Below are positions 16,928 through 25,714 of a DNA stretch of 49,138 nucleotides, piece after piece (position 1 is the stretch's first letter; every line of letters begins with the position of its first letter). Origin of the DNA: an uncultured bacterium (lineage in GTDB: Bacteria; Chlamydiota; Chlamydiia; Chlamydiales; SM23-39). The notes under the pieces are model-generated. The model was not told the origin of the DNA and searched no databases. It was given only the letters and a program-made list of their open reading frames with translations. The stretch lies in assembly GCA_964644465.1 (NCBI GenBank), contig CAZXVU010000003.1, positions 1 through 49,138 of the forward strand, given 5' to 3'. A program made the position numbers and the translations under genes.

Positions 16928-17317
16928 ATGCGGCAAATTCCTCCAATACAGCCAGCTTTAAGAGAAGGGCCAGATTATGATCCTATGGACAGACTTGTGC
17001 AGGATCTGCAAAACATTCAGAGTTTTCTCTCTTATTTAGATGAGAATCCGCATAATCTCGATTACCTGAACAAACACCTTTCTAAAATTCTTGAATTGCG
17101 AAGAAGCATCTCGCAGCAGCTCGATTTTCTCATCAACGAGCCCTATAACTATTCTCCTATACGGCTAAGCATGCTCCACAAAGAGAACGAGAAGATTTTT
17201 TCCAATGTTGAAGGTCTTGTAGGGGCTACAAACCCTTTCAACAAAGCGCACTTCAAAAAATTCATGGAAGAATGTGAAAAGTCCATTGAAAAAATCGACG
17301 GTGATTTAACACCTTAA
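16928..17317 (+). CDS. Hypothetical alpha-helical protein (129 aa)
   Basis: The track ORF begins at 16811, but that part overlaps the udk start. ATG 16928 has GGAG 6 nt upstream. No recognisable motif. Confidence 0.45.
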   Translation: MRQIPPIQPALREGPDYDPMDRLVQDLQNIQSFLSYLDENPHNLDYLNKHLSKILELRRSISQQLDFLINEPYNYSPIRLSMLHKENEKIFSNVEGLVGATNPFNKAHFKKFMEECEKSIEKIDGDLTP

Positions 17318-18333
17318 TTGATTTTCTTGACGATGAACAGATCTTCATAAATTTTCGGCAGATTTCTGAAAAATTCTGGAGAAACTTTTAGAACGTCCCC
17401 TAGCATTTCATCCGAGAAAGATCTGACGCTGGCTGTGAAACCGATATCCTCAGGCATATTTTGATCAAAAAAGATCAAGACGCGGAGATTTCCTTTTGTG
17501 AGATTTTCAATATGATGGGGATATCCCGTCGGGATAAAATAGATGTCCCCTTCATTCATCTCGTACGTATCGACAGACCCATCGGGGCTCAAGATCGACA
17601 TTCTTCCTTTTCCTTCACGCACGTATCCTAACTCTGCAGTTTCAGGATGCCAATGGGGCTCTCTCATCCCTGATCCTGTCAGATGAAGAGAGTAAAGCGC
17701 CTGTCTTTTCAAAATAGGCCAAACATTTTTTCGTGCGACTTTTGCCGTTCCCCCTGATGTGTTGATCAGAGGCGCTGCCTCCTCCAAATGGAACCGGTAT
17801 TCCGAGGCATAGCGGGCTCCATCGGGGATTTTCAACGGAGTCGTTCTCAAAGCTGCAAAGATCTCCTTCGTAGAGCGCTTCATCTCTTTAAAGACGCTCT
17901 TAGAGACTCCCCAGGTGTTGCCGAGAACGGCGTCAGAGAACATTCCAAAAGCGGACGAAATCCCAAAATCTTCGGGTTGTTCGTGAGAAAATTGGAGGAT
18001 GAGCTCGCTCGTCTTTTTGCTCGTATTTTCGATCGAATGGAGAGATCCTGAAGGGATCAAAAATGCCTCGCCCGGATTCACGAGGAATCGTTCTCGTACA
18101 TTCCCCGTAGCATAGATAGAAACTAAGACCTGGCCCTGAAGGCAATACCCCAATTCATCGGCATTGGCGTGCCAATGGGGCTCCCTAATTCCTTTTGGAT
18201 ATAAAACGAGACGGTAGAGCGACATTCCTTTTAGAGCGGGAAAATTCTTCTTTGTAGCGCGGATGCGCAGCCCCCCTTTGGATTGATTGTGGGGCTTAAC
18301 ATGGCTCAAGCGGAACAGATGGGAAGAGGGCAT
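17314..18333 (-). CDS. Bicupin, oxalate decarboxylase/oxidase (germin-like) family
   Basis: Two metal-binding cupin motifs: PHWHANADELGYCLQG...SLHSIEN and PHWHPETAELGYVREG...YPHHIEN. Confidence 0.75.
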   Translation of the reverse strand: MPSSHLFRLSHVKPHNQSKGGLRIRATKKNFPALKGMSLYRLVLYPKGIREPHWHANADELGYCLQGQVLVSIYATGNVRERFLVNPGEAFLIPSGSLHSIENTSKKTSELILQFSHEQPEDFGISSAFGMFSDAVLGNTWGVSKSVFKEMKRSTKEIFAALRTTPLKIPDGARYASEYRFHLEEAAPLINTSGGTAKVARKNVWPILKRQALYSLHLTGSGMREPHWHPETAELGYVREGKGRMSILSPDGSVDTYEMNEGDIYFIPTGYPHHIENLTKGNLRVLIFFDQNMPEDIGFTASVRSFSDEMLGDVLKVSPEFFRNLPKIYEDLFIVKKIN

Positions 18334-18394
18334 TGTTGTCTTTAGCTAGTTTTTTTCACCCTAGCAAAAGAGGCAAATGCCCTCCATGGAAAAC

Positions 18395-19372
18395 TTAGAT
18401 AAAGTCTAATAGCTTTAGATAAAACACTTCTTGGAATTCGTCAGAAGAATAGGTGTATTCTTCTCCAAGAAGCTTAGATGCGACAGCCAAATTCATAGAA
18501 ATATCAGAGCAATGCATGTGGCTCAAGAGCTTTTGATATTCTTGCTTCGCTTCCTTATATCGTCCCATCGCCATGTAGATATCGGCGCGCATATTATAGG
18601 CAGGATCTGTTTTAAAGTTGAAATGAGCGATGACGTTTGAATCCGTCGCTTCAGTTTCGCTATATTTCTCGATCACTTCGTTACAGATTTGGAGAGCTTC
18701 TTCGTACTCGCCTTGAAGGCAATGATTGGCCGCTCGATTCATTTCGGCTTTCCAAATAGGCGAATCCATATCTTCAAAGTCAGGAAATTCAATCGATATA
18801 GGCGTCCAAGAAACTTGTTTCTCTCTCAAAATCACCCGTGAAAGAAGATCGCCTTGCTGAGCTGTGTAGATTAAAGCTTCAATACCGCGAGCCTCTTCTC
18901 CTTTTGCAAGGTACGCCACGCCATTGAAAGATGGGAGGTCTCTATCCCAATCTCCGAAACTCATCATCTCAGGATGAATTAGATCGCGGAGGAGAAGATA
19001 ATCATCAAGACCAGCTAAAACATCATCTTTATCGACCCGTATGAACATACGGATTGAATAAGCCATTGCCTGTAAAAGAGTTTTTGCGTCTCCCTCTTCC
19101 ATTTGTTGGGTATGGTCGAGAATATTCCCGACGATCACGAGGACCTTATCTATGTTATCATCGAAAATCGCATCAAAAAGATCCTCCATGAATTGCTCTT
19201 CTACAGTATTCAAAGAGAGATCATCAGAAAAAGGCGTCATCGATTCGCTGGTAAACTTGCTCCAAGAAGAAGTTGTTGATGAAGAAGTTGTAGCGAAGTC
19301 TGAAGCAGTAGGAAAAGAAAATGACCCAAATGGAATTTCAGTTTTTAACGAATCAATACTTTTAATTTGCAT
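18395..19372 (-). CDS. Hypothetical protein with Ser/Thr-rich N-terminus and TPR-like C-terminal repeats
   Basis: AAGGATGG RBS. N-terminus FPTASDFATTSSSTTSSWSKFTSES; TPR-like EYEEALQICNEVIEKY and ADIYMAMGRYKEAKQEYQKLL. Confidence 0.55.
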   Translation of the reverse strand: MQIKSIDSLKTEIPFGSFSFPTASDFATTSSSTTSSWSKFTSESMTPFSDDLSLNTVEEQFMEDLFDAIFDDNIDKVLVIVGNILDHTQQMEEGDAKTLLQAMAYSIRMFIRVDKDDVLAGLDDYLLLRDLIHPEMMSFGDWDRDLPSFNGVAYLAKGEEARGIEALIYTAQQGDLLSRVILREKQVSWTPISIEFPDFEDMDSPIWKAEMNRAANHCLQGEYEEALQICNEVIEKYSETEATDSNVIAHFNFKTDPAYNMRADIYMAMGRYKEAKQEYQKLLSHMHCSDISMNLAVASKLLGEEYTYSSDEFQEVFYLKLLDFI

Positions 19373-19478
19373 AAAACCATCCTTTTTTAATAACGATTAT
19401 TATTAATCGTAATCAAAAACGAGTCAATCATTAAAAGATAGTTTATTACATAATAAAAAATTAAAGTTCAATCCAGAG

Positions 19479-19677
19479 CCTATCCAACTAAAGATTTTCG
19501 ATGAGATTTAAGATGCTTTTTCTGCAGAATTTTGAAATGAGAAAGGCTGCGGATACACGAGAAGGTCCGGGGGACCTTCGCAGTGCGGAGCAGTACCCAG
19601 AGGGTAGACGCCGCATCGAATGAAAAAATCTGCCAAAAAGCGCTTAAAGATCGCGAAATCAGATTTAGTTGGATAGG
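19479..19677. other. 14-bp inverted repeat bracketing a GC-rich, hairpin-forming island (candidate small RNA or MITE-like remnant)
   Basis: CCTATCCAACTAAA (19479-19492) pairs with TTTAGTTGGATAGG (19664-19677). The core ~19545-19618 contains GAAGGTCC-ggg-GGACCTTC and further stems inside AT-rich intergenic DNA. Confidence 0.3.
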
Positions 19678-20666
19678 TTCAAAGTCATGAACGCATTTGT
19701 CGCTCGGATTAAGCCATCTAGGATGCCAGGTTCTGTTGCCGCATGTCCTGCATCGGAAATGATCTCCAGTTTTGCTTCAGGCCAAGCTCGGTGCAAATCC
19801 CAAGCGCTCATGATCGGACAGGGTATATCGTAGCGCCCTTGGATGATGATTGCAGGTATATGGCGGATTGCATCGATATGCTCGATAATCCAATTGTCCG
19901 TGGGGAAAAAAGAATTGTGCATAAAATAGTGGCATTCGATCCGGGCGACGGTATCTGCTTTTTTATCCGCTGTAAAATTGGCAAAAAGGGCGGGATCGAA
20001 TTGCAGCTTGGAAGTGGCTCCTTCCCATCCTGACCAAGCCTGAGCCGCCGTTCTTCGAACGTCTTCATCTTCTGATGTGAGCCGTTTATAAAAGGCTCCT
20101 ACGAAATCATTTCTTTCGGAGTCGGGAATGGGAGCTGAATACGTTTCCCAAAGATCGGGATAAATATGATGGGCTCCGAATTGATAGTACCAGTGGATTT
20201 CCTTGGGCCTGCAGAGAAAAATTCCCCTCAAGATCAGTCCTTTCACTATTTCTGGATGTTGAATGGAATAGGTCAATGCTAAAGTGCTCCCCCAAGATCC
20301 TCCAAAAACTAGCCATTTGTCGATCTTCAGAAATTCCCGCAGCCGCTCGATATCATCGACCAAGTCCCATGTCGTATTATGTTCGAGAGAAGAAAAAGGA
20401 AGGCTTTTTCCGCATCCCCTTTGATCGAAAAGGATGATCCGATAAAAATCGGGATTGAAGAAACGGCGTTGGTAAGGTTCGGTGCCGCCGCCGGGTCCTC
20501 CATGGACAAAGAGGATCGGTTTGCCTTGTGGATTCCCACATTCTTCCCAATACAGGGTGTGTCCATCTGTCACTTCTAGAAACCCTGTTTCATAGGGCTC
20601 GATTTCAGGATAGAAACTTTCCGCAAAAAGAAAAGAAAACAAAAAAAGAAAAGGTAATAGATACAT
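19665..20666 (-). CDS. pip: Proline iminopeptidase (prolyl aminopeptidase, S33) with hydrophobic N-terminal extension
   Basis: YPEIEPYETGFLEV..H.LYWEECGNPQGKPILFVHGGPGGG, GGSWGSTLAL, C-terminal DAGHA. A 16-aa MYLLPFLFLFSFLFAE leader precedes the conserved start. Confidence 0.9.
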   Translation of the reverse strand: MYLLPFLFLFSFLFAESFYPEIEPYETGFLEVTDGHTLYWEECGNPQGKPILFVHGGPGGGTEPYQRRFFNPDFYRIILFDQRGCGKSLPFSSLEHNTTWDLVDDIERLREFLKIDKWLVFGGSWGSTLALTYSIQHPEIVKGLILRGIFLCRPKEIHWYYQFGAHHIYPDLWETYSAPIPDSERNDFVGAFYKRLTSEDEDVRRTAAQAWSGWEGATSKLQFDPALFANFTADKKADTVARIECHYFMHNSFFPTDNWIIEHIDAIRHIPAIIIQGRYDIPCPIMSAWDLHRAWPEAKLEIISDAGHAATEPGILDGLIRATNAFMTLNLSN

Positions 20667-20710
20667 TCTGCCCCCATTTGGAAAAAGGAGCGAAAAGATA
20701 TGTATTCAAC

Positions 20711-21673
20711 TCATTTTTGTAAAGAATGTTTCCCAAAGTGTTTCTTCAGGAAAGCAGAAGCCATTGAGATGGCTCCCCGAGTAGCGGGAGTTTTTGCAAT
20801 TGCGTTCAAGAGGACAAAATCATGGATCGTCCCTAAAAAGCGCATTGCAGTTGTATCTACGCCGGCTTGCATCAATTTATGGGCGTACTGTTCCCCCTCA
20901 TCCCGCAGCACATCATTTTCCGCGGTGATCACTAAGGCGGTTGGCAGTCCTTTCAATTGATCTGGAGTGGAGTGAATGGGCGATAAAAGATGTTTATGGC
21001 GCGATTTCAGATCTGGCTCATAAGCATGCCAAAAATATTCCATGGCCGGTTTTGTCAGCCAAGGGCCGTTCGCATATTGTCTGTACGATGGAGTATCCAT
21101 TCCAGAATCTGTTACAGGATAAAATAGGAGCTGGGAATGGATCTTGGGACCCTGTCTCTCTTTCGCGAGAAGCGAAACAGCAATCGCCATATTTCCGCCG
21201 ACGCTGTCCCCGCCTATTGCAAGATGAGATGGATCGAGATTCCAGCTTTTCCCATGTTCTGCAATGTATTTGGTCGCAGTGTACGATTCTTCAATTGCGA
21301 CAGGAAAACGGACTTCAGGAGAACGGGAATAGTTTACAAAAACTACAGCCGCATTGGCTCCCACTGCAAGTTCCCGCACAAGCCTGTCGTGCGTAGAAGC
21401 GCTTCCCATGACCCAGCCTGCCCCATGGAAATAGAGTAAGGCCGGAAGAGCCTCATTTACATGTTCTGGACGGATAATACGGACCGAAATTTCTCCTTTC
21501 GGTCCGCCTGGAATCATTTTTTCTTCGATTTTCACATTCGGCTTATCAACATGGCCCGATTGGACCTTCTCTAAAACCTCTCTCGCTTTTTCAGGAGAGA
21601 GTTTGTAGATCGGTGGACCGCCTAGCGATTCCACCTGCTTGATGAAAGCCTCTGTTTGTTTCTCAAGAATCAC
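20711..21673 (-). CDS. Alpha/beta-hydrolase fold-3 carboxylesterase/lipase (HSL family)
   Basis: LLYFHGAGWVMGS (HGGG-type oxyanion motif), GGDSVGGNMA (GDSAG nucleophile), DVLRDEG, IHDF. Confidence 0.85.
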   Translation of the reverse strand: MILEKQTEAFIKQVESLGGPPIYKLSPEKAREVLEKVQSGHVDKPNVKIEEKMIPGGPKGEISVRIIRPEHVNEALPALLYFHGAGWVMGSASTHDRLVRELAVGANAAVVFVNYSRSPEVRFPVAIEESYTATKYIAEHGKSWNLDPSHLAIGGDSVGGNMAIAVSLLAKERQGPKIHSQLLFYPVTDSGMDTPSYRQYANGPWLTKPAMEYFWHAYEPDLKSRHKHLLSPIHSTPDQLKGLPTALVITAENDVLRDEGEQYAHKLMQAGVDTTAMRFLGTIHDFVLLNAIAKTPATRGAISMASAFLKKHFGKHSLQK

Positions 21674-23046
21674 AATATTTCCGCTGCAATAGATGCGAGC
21701 TCAGATCTCTCCGTTCTTTCGAGGAACATGTGGCCATATATGCGATGGTTTTTGAATTTGCCAACGCAATAAGTTAGGCCATTTGAATCCTTGTCGAGAT
21801 ACGGATTATCGATCTGGGTCGGATCTCCTGTGAGGATCACTTTCGTCCCTTTTCCGGCTCGTGAAATGATTGTCTTCACTTCATGAGGCGTAAGGTTTTG
21901 CGCTTCGTCGATGATCATATACATCTTCGGCAAAGAACGTCCGCGGATATAGGTGACCGCTTCCATCTCGATCTTTTTACTCTCCATAATGAAATCGAGA
22001 GTCGCCTTGCCATTTCCTTCTCCGCTGGTCGTGGAGCATAGGAATTCCAGGTTGTCATAGATAGGCTGCATCCAATGATAGAGCTTCTCATCTTTTGTCC
22101 CTGGAAGGTAGCCGATGTCTTTACCGAGCGGCATGATTGGACGGGAAATCAGAATTCGAGAATAGATGGCATCGTCGAATACTTTTCTCATCCCGCAAGC
22201 CAGAGCCAGCAAAGTCTTTCCGGTACCGGCAGGGCCGATCAACGTGACGAGGTGGATATCGTCCCTTAATAAGAGATCGATTGCACACCTTTGTTCGATA
22301 TTGAGCGGCTGTATGCCCCAAATATCGCGTGAAATCTGAAGCAAAGGCTCCAGCTTCTTCGCTTTTTCGCTATATTTGCATACGGCTGAAGAGTTTTCCG
22401 GCGATGTCAATAAGGCATATTCGTTCGGACGGAATCCCCCTTCAAGCATTGGCAAAGTACCATCTTTATAGAAAAGATCGATATCCCGCTTTTGCACGTC
22501 GATTTTGCGCAGCCCTTTATACATCTCTTCGTAGGATGTCTTAAGATTTTCATAATCTTCCGACTCCAGGTCCATCGCCTCTGCTTTGACGCGAGTGACG
22601 AAATCCTTAGAAACGATGACAACGGACTCTCCCCTTTCCTTCAACATGAAGGCGCCAAGGAGAAACTTATTGCTATTCCGATCGAGCGGAAGAGGAAAAC
22701 CTTCCACAACGCGGTCGAATTTCGGCTCAAGATGGATGCGTACTTTAGGTCCTTCGGGAATGATTACGCCAGTATGAAGATCTCCGCTTTCTTGTGCTTT
22801 CAATGAATCGATATAGCGGATTGCTTCGCGGGCATTTTTTCCCACTTCATCGCTATATCGCTTCAAACTGTCCAATTCTTCGAGAACAGGAAGAGAAATC
22901 ACGACATCGTTGTCTTTGAAGTTCTTGATTGAATTTGGATCATGAACCAGAACATTCGTATCAATCACAAACGTTTTTCGAGACACTGTTTTTTCCTCAG
23001 GAACGCTAGGTTGGTTGCTTCGGTTTGGCCGCTGCGCCACTATCAT
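21670..23046 (-). CDS. PIN-domain plus PhoH-like ATPase (YlaK family)
   Basis: N-terminal FVIDTNVLVHDP (PIN), GPAGTGKTLLALA Walker A, MIIDEAQNLT Walker B, ILTGDPTQIDNPYLD. Confidence 0.85.
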   Translation of the reverse strand: MIVAQRPNRSNQPSVPEEKTVSRKTFVIDTNVLVHDPNSIKNFKDNDVVISLPVLEELDSLKRYSDEVGKNAREAIRYIDSLKAQESGDLHTGVIIPEGPKVRIHLEPKFDRVVEGFPLPLDRNSNKFLLGAFMLKERGESVVIVSKDFVTRVKAEAMDLESEDYENLKTSYEEMYKGLRKIDVQKRDIDLFYKDGTLPMLEGGFRPNEYALLTSPENSSAVCKYSEKAKKLEPLLQISRDIWGIQPLNIEQRCAIDLLLRDDIHLVTLIGPAGTGKTLLALACGMRKVFDDAIYSRILISRPIMPLGKDIGYLPGTKDEKLYHWMQPIYDNLEFLCSTTSGEGNGKATLDFIMESKKIEMEAVTYIRGRSLPKMYMIIDEAQNLTPHEVKTIISRAGKGTKVILTGDPTQIDNPYLDKDSNGLTYCVGKFKNHRIYGHMFLERTERSELASIAAEIL

Positions 23047-23250
23047 CAGGCACCTCTATATTAATTATTCAATTTGTCCTGGAGACGATTTATTTGCGTG
23101 GATCCTCCTCTTTTTCTCAGGCTCCAAAATTCCACCTTATAGAACTTCGTAATATCGTTTGCAAGAAAAGGTTATTAAATTCGTTTAAATTGCTAATTAT
23201 TAAAATCTTACCAAATATCCAGCAAATAAACGGATAGAGTGCTAAATCTC

Positions 23251-23280
23251 TTGACAATTCTCACTTGCCTCGCTTATAAT
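23251..23280 (+). promoter_or_regulatory. Near-consensus sigma-70-type promoter
   Basis: TTGACA (23251-23256), 18-nt spacer, TATAAT (23275-23280), 28 nt before ATG 23309. Confidence 0.55.
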
Positions 23281-23308
23281 CAAAGACAAAGAGAACAATG
23301 GTTTTCCC

Positions 23309-23980
23309 ATGAAGCTTACAGCGACCATTTTAAGCATACCGCCCTATCTTTCAACTACTTGGAAGAACATTTCCTCCCTTCTTGTTCGTGAGGAAAACGG
23401 AGCTTTTACACTCATCGTCATCCTCCAAAACCGCGTTCAAGTAGAGGTCCCGAACCTCGACAAAGCATCCGTCGATGCCATTTTCGAAGCCCATGCCAGA
23501 TTCGCAGATAGCGAACCTACGAATAAAAATCCCTTAGAAGGCCCTTTCAGTTTCAGCATCCCGATAAAAGGCGGACTTCCGATGGACTCCATGGGAGCTG
23601 CGATGCAGCACAATCCCGAGCAAGCTGATTTGCCACCTATGTCTCCAGAAGTACTCGACCGAATTACATCGATTGCGAAAGCTTTTGGTTTGAGCGATTC
23701 TTCTGTTCTTCCGAAAGCAGAGCCTCATTGCAACTGCGTCTATTGCCAAGTCGCCCGCGCGCTTCATGGCGAAGAACCGGCCCAGGAAACTCTCGAAGAA
23801 ATTTCTGAAGATGATTTGAAATTCAAAACTTGGGAAGTCAAGCAGACGGCCAACAAGCTCTATCTTGTGACCAATCCACTCGATAAAAATGAACAATACA
23901 ATGTCTTTTTAGGCGAGCCTCTCGGATGCACTTGCGGGAACAAAAATTGCGAGCACATCCGCGCCGTTCTAAATACTTGA
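23309..23980 (+). CDS. Hypothetical protein with two Cys clusters, the C-terminal one SWIM-like (CxCx4CxH)
   Basis: HCNCVYCQVARALH and GCTCGNKNCEHIRAV near the C-terminus; no other recognisable domain. Confidence 0.55.
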   Translation: MKLTATILSIPPYLSTTWKNISSLLVREENGAFTLIVILQNRVQVEVPNLDKASVDAIFEAHARFADSEPTNKNPLEGPFSFSIPIKGGLPMDSMGAAMQHNPEQADLPPMSPEVLDRITSIAKAFGLSDSSVLPKAEPHCNCVYCQVARALHGEEPAQETLEEISEDDLKFKTWEVKQTANKLYLVTNPLDKNEQYNVFLGEPLGCTCGNKNCEHIRAVLNT

Positions 23981-23984
23981 TCAG

Positions 23985-24233
23985 TTACAACTGTTCGTCA
24001 GTTATGTATTCGTCAGATGTGACATGTCGAACGGGAAGTTTTTTCAATTTATCAAAAAGATCATCCAATAGAGAGTTCCTATTTTCTTTCTGATTTAATT
24101 CACTTGATTTAACAACCTTTGCAGTTTTTTTTACGCCACTCATTTCGCCCATTTCTCGATCTTTGGAAGGCTCTACTGTCGCGCGCGTAGACTCTATAAG
24201 TGCTTGATTAAAGTATCTATCGACTGAACTCAT
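23985..24233 (-). CDS. Hypothetical small protein (82 aa)
   Basis: GGAGA lies 4-5 nt upstream of the ATG; no motif; AT-rich upstream region. Confidence 0.4.
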   Translation of the reverse strand: MSSVDRYFNQALIESTRATVEPSKDREMGEMSGVKKTAKVVKSSELNQKENRNSLLDDLFDKLKKLPVRHVTSDEYITDEQL

Positions 24234-24508
24234 AAATTCTCCATAAATTAATTATTAATAAAACATATATTATATCATATTATAAAATTAAATTGTTTAT
24301 ACAAAATATTTTAATCATAACTAACTGTAATTAAATAACCAGATTAAAGGGATAGCATCAAACAAGCTGATTATGACGGTGCGATCAAAACCAATCGATG
24401 CGCTTGAACGGACAGTGAAAGCTCATGTAAAAATGAACAATTGAAGAAAAATTCTTGGGGTTTAAAGAGCAAGGCTCTACTATTCTAAAAGTGAGAAATG
24501 ATCGGAGA

Positions 24509-25714
24509 ATGGCTATGTTCCGCCTTGTTTGTGTAAGTTCTTTCTGCTTGATCGCTGCAGCCAATGCAGCAACGCCCCCTGCGCCAACGAAACCTGTTCA
24601 GCAGCCGGCTAAAAAAGTAGACGCTTTTAAACCGTTCACTGGAAAAGTGGCGGCGAATAAAGTGCGCATCCGCGCGAAAGCGGACTTGGATGGGCATATA
24701 ATTAGACAGGCAAATAAGAATGATCTTCTCTTAGTTGTCGGCGAAGAGGGTGACTTTTTCGCAGTTGAGCCGCCCAAAGATACAAAAGCCTATGTTTTCC
24801 GCAGCTACATTCTCGACGATTTAGTGGAAGCCAACCGAGTCAATGTCCGTTTAGAACCTCACGTCGATGCACCGATCATCGGCCAATTGCAAGCGGGAGA
24901 CAAAGTGCATGGACTTATCTGTTCCATGAATCATAAATGGCTGGAGATTTCTCCTCCGAAAAATTCCCGCTTCTATGTTTCGAAAGAATTCATCACTCAT
25001 GCTGGCGGACCTGAATATCTCGTCAATATGGAAAAGAGAAAGAGCCAAGTCGAAGAGCTTTTGACCAGCGCTTATCTCAATGCAGAATCGGAATGCAAAA
25101 AATCATACGAAGAAATGGCTCCTCAGCAAGCCATCGATCAATTCCAAACGATCCTGCGCAACTTTGCCGATTTTCCAGAAGCAGTGAACCAAGCTAAAGA
25201 AGGTCTTGCTCTGTTAAAAGACACATTTTTGAATAAGAAAATCAGCTATCTGGAATCCAAAGCGCAGCTTACTGATGTCGTGAAAAAAGAACTGATCGCA
25301 AAGCATAAAGAAGAAAGCCGCGAACTTTTTGCCGACGCTCCAGTCAATCTGAATCCAGAACTTTGGGGAAAGCGTTCCCTTAAAAAAGAATCTCTCGGTC
25401 TCTGGGACACTATGGAAGAATCGCTCTACTTAAGCTGGACAGCTTTCCATTCCGGTAAAAAAATCGACGACTTCTATGCCGAGCAAAAAGCAAATGCATC
25501 TGTGCTGACAGGCATGATTGAGTCTTACGATCATGACGTGAAAGATAAGCCGGGCGAATATGTTCTTCGAGGAACCGATGCTCCGATCGCTTATCTCTAC
25601 AGCACGCAGGTCGATTTGGAAAAATATCGAGGAAGAACAGTGACTCTATTGGTCAGCCCGCGCCCCAATAACCACTTCGCCTTCCCCGCTTATTATGTTC
25701 TCAGCGTAGAATAG
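24509..25714 (+). CDS. Exported bacterial SH3 (SH3b) domain protein
   Basis: MAMFRLVCVSSFCLIAAANA signal; two SH3b-like units (VAANKVRIRAKADLDGHIIRQANKNDLLLVVGEEGDFFAV and RVNVRLEPHVDAPIIGQLQAGDKV...WLEI). The track ORF starts at a TTG at 24455; ATG 24509 or 24515 is more likely. Confidence 0.65.
   Translation: MAMFRLVCVSSFCLIAAANAATPPAPTKPVQQPAKKVDAFKPFTGKVAANKVRIRAKADLDGHIIRQANKNDLLLVVGEEGDFFAVEPPKDTKAYVFRSYILDDLVEANRVNVRLEPHVDAPIIGQLQAGDKVHGLICSMNHKWLEISPPKNSRFYVSKEFITHAGGPEYLVNMEKRKSQVEELLTSAYLNAESECKKSYEEMAPQQAIDQFQTILRNFADFPEAVNQAKEGLALLKDTFLNKKISYLESKAQLTDVVKKELIAKHKEESRELFADAPVNLNPELWGKRSLKKESLGLWDTMEESLYLSWTAFHSGKKIDDFYAEQKANASVLTGMIESYDHDVKDKPGEYVLRGTDAPIAYLYSTQVDLEKYRGRTVTLLVSPRPNNHFAFPAYYVLSVE

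Noticed and set aside
19545-19620. GC-rich island considered as tRNA, SRP (4.5S) RNA or an RNase P fragment
   Set aside because: No T-loop (GTTCGA/GTTCAA) or cloverleaf is visible on either strand. There is no GGAA tetraloop with AGCA/symmetric-loop signature for SRP RNA. The resemblance of GAGAAGGTCCGGGGG to the RNase P P4 strand is isolated and the region is far too short. It is kept only as an unclassified structured element.
19501-19623. 40-codon ORF (MRFKMLFLQNFEMRKAADTREGPGDLRSAEQYPEGRRRIE) across the GC-rich island
   Set aside because: It has no RBS, and its composition looks like a by-product of RNA-type structure. It is not called as a CDS, but it cannot be excluded without expression data.
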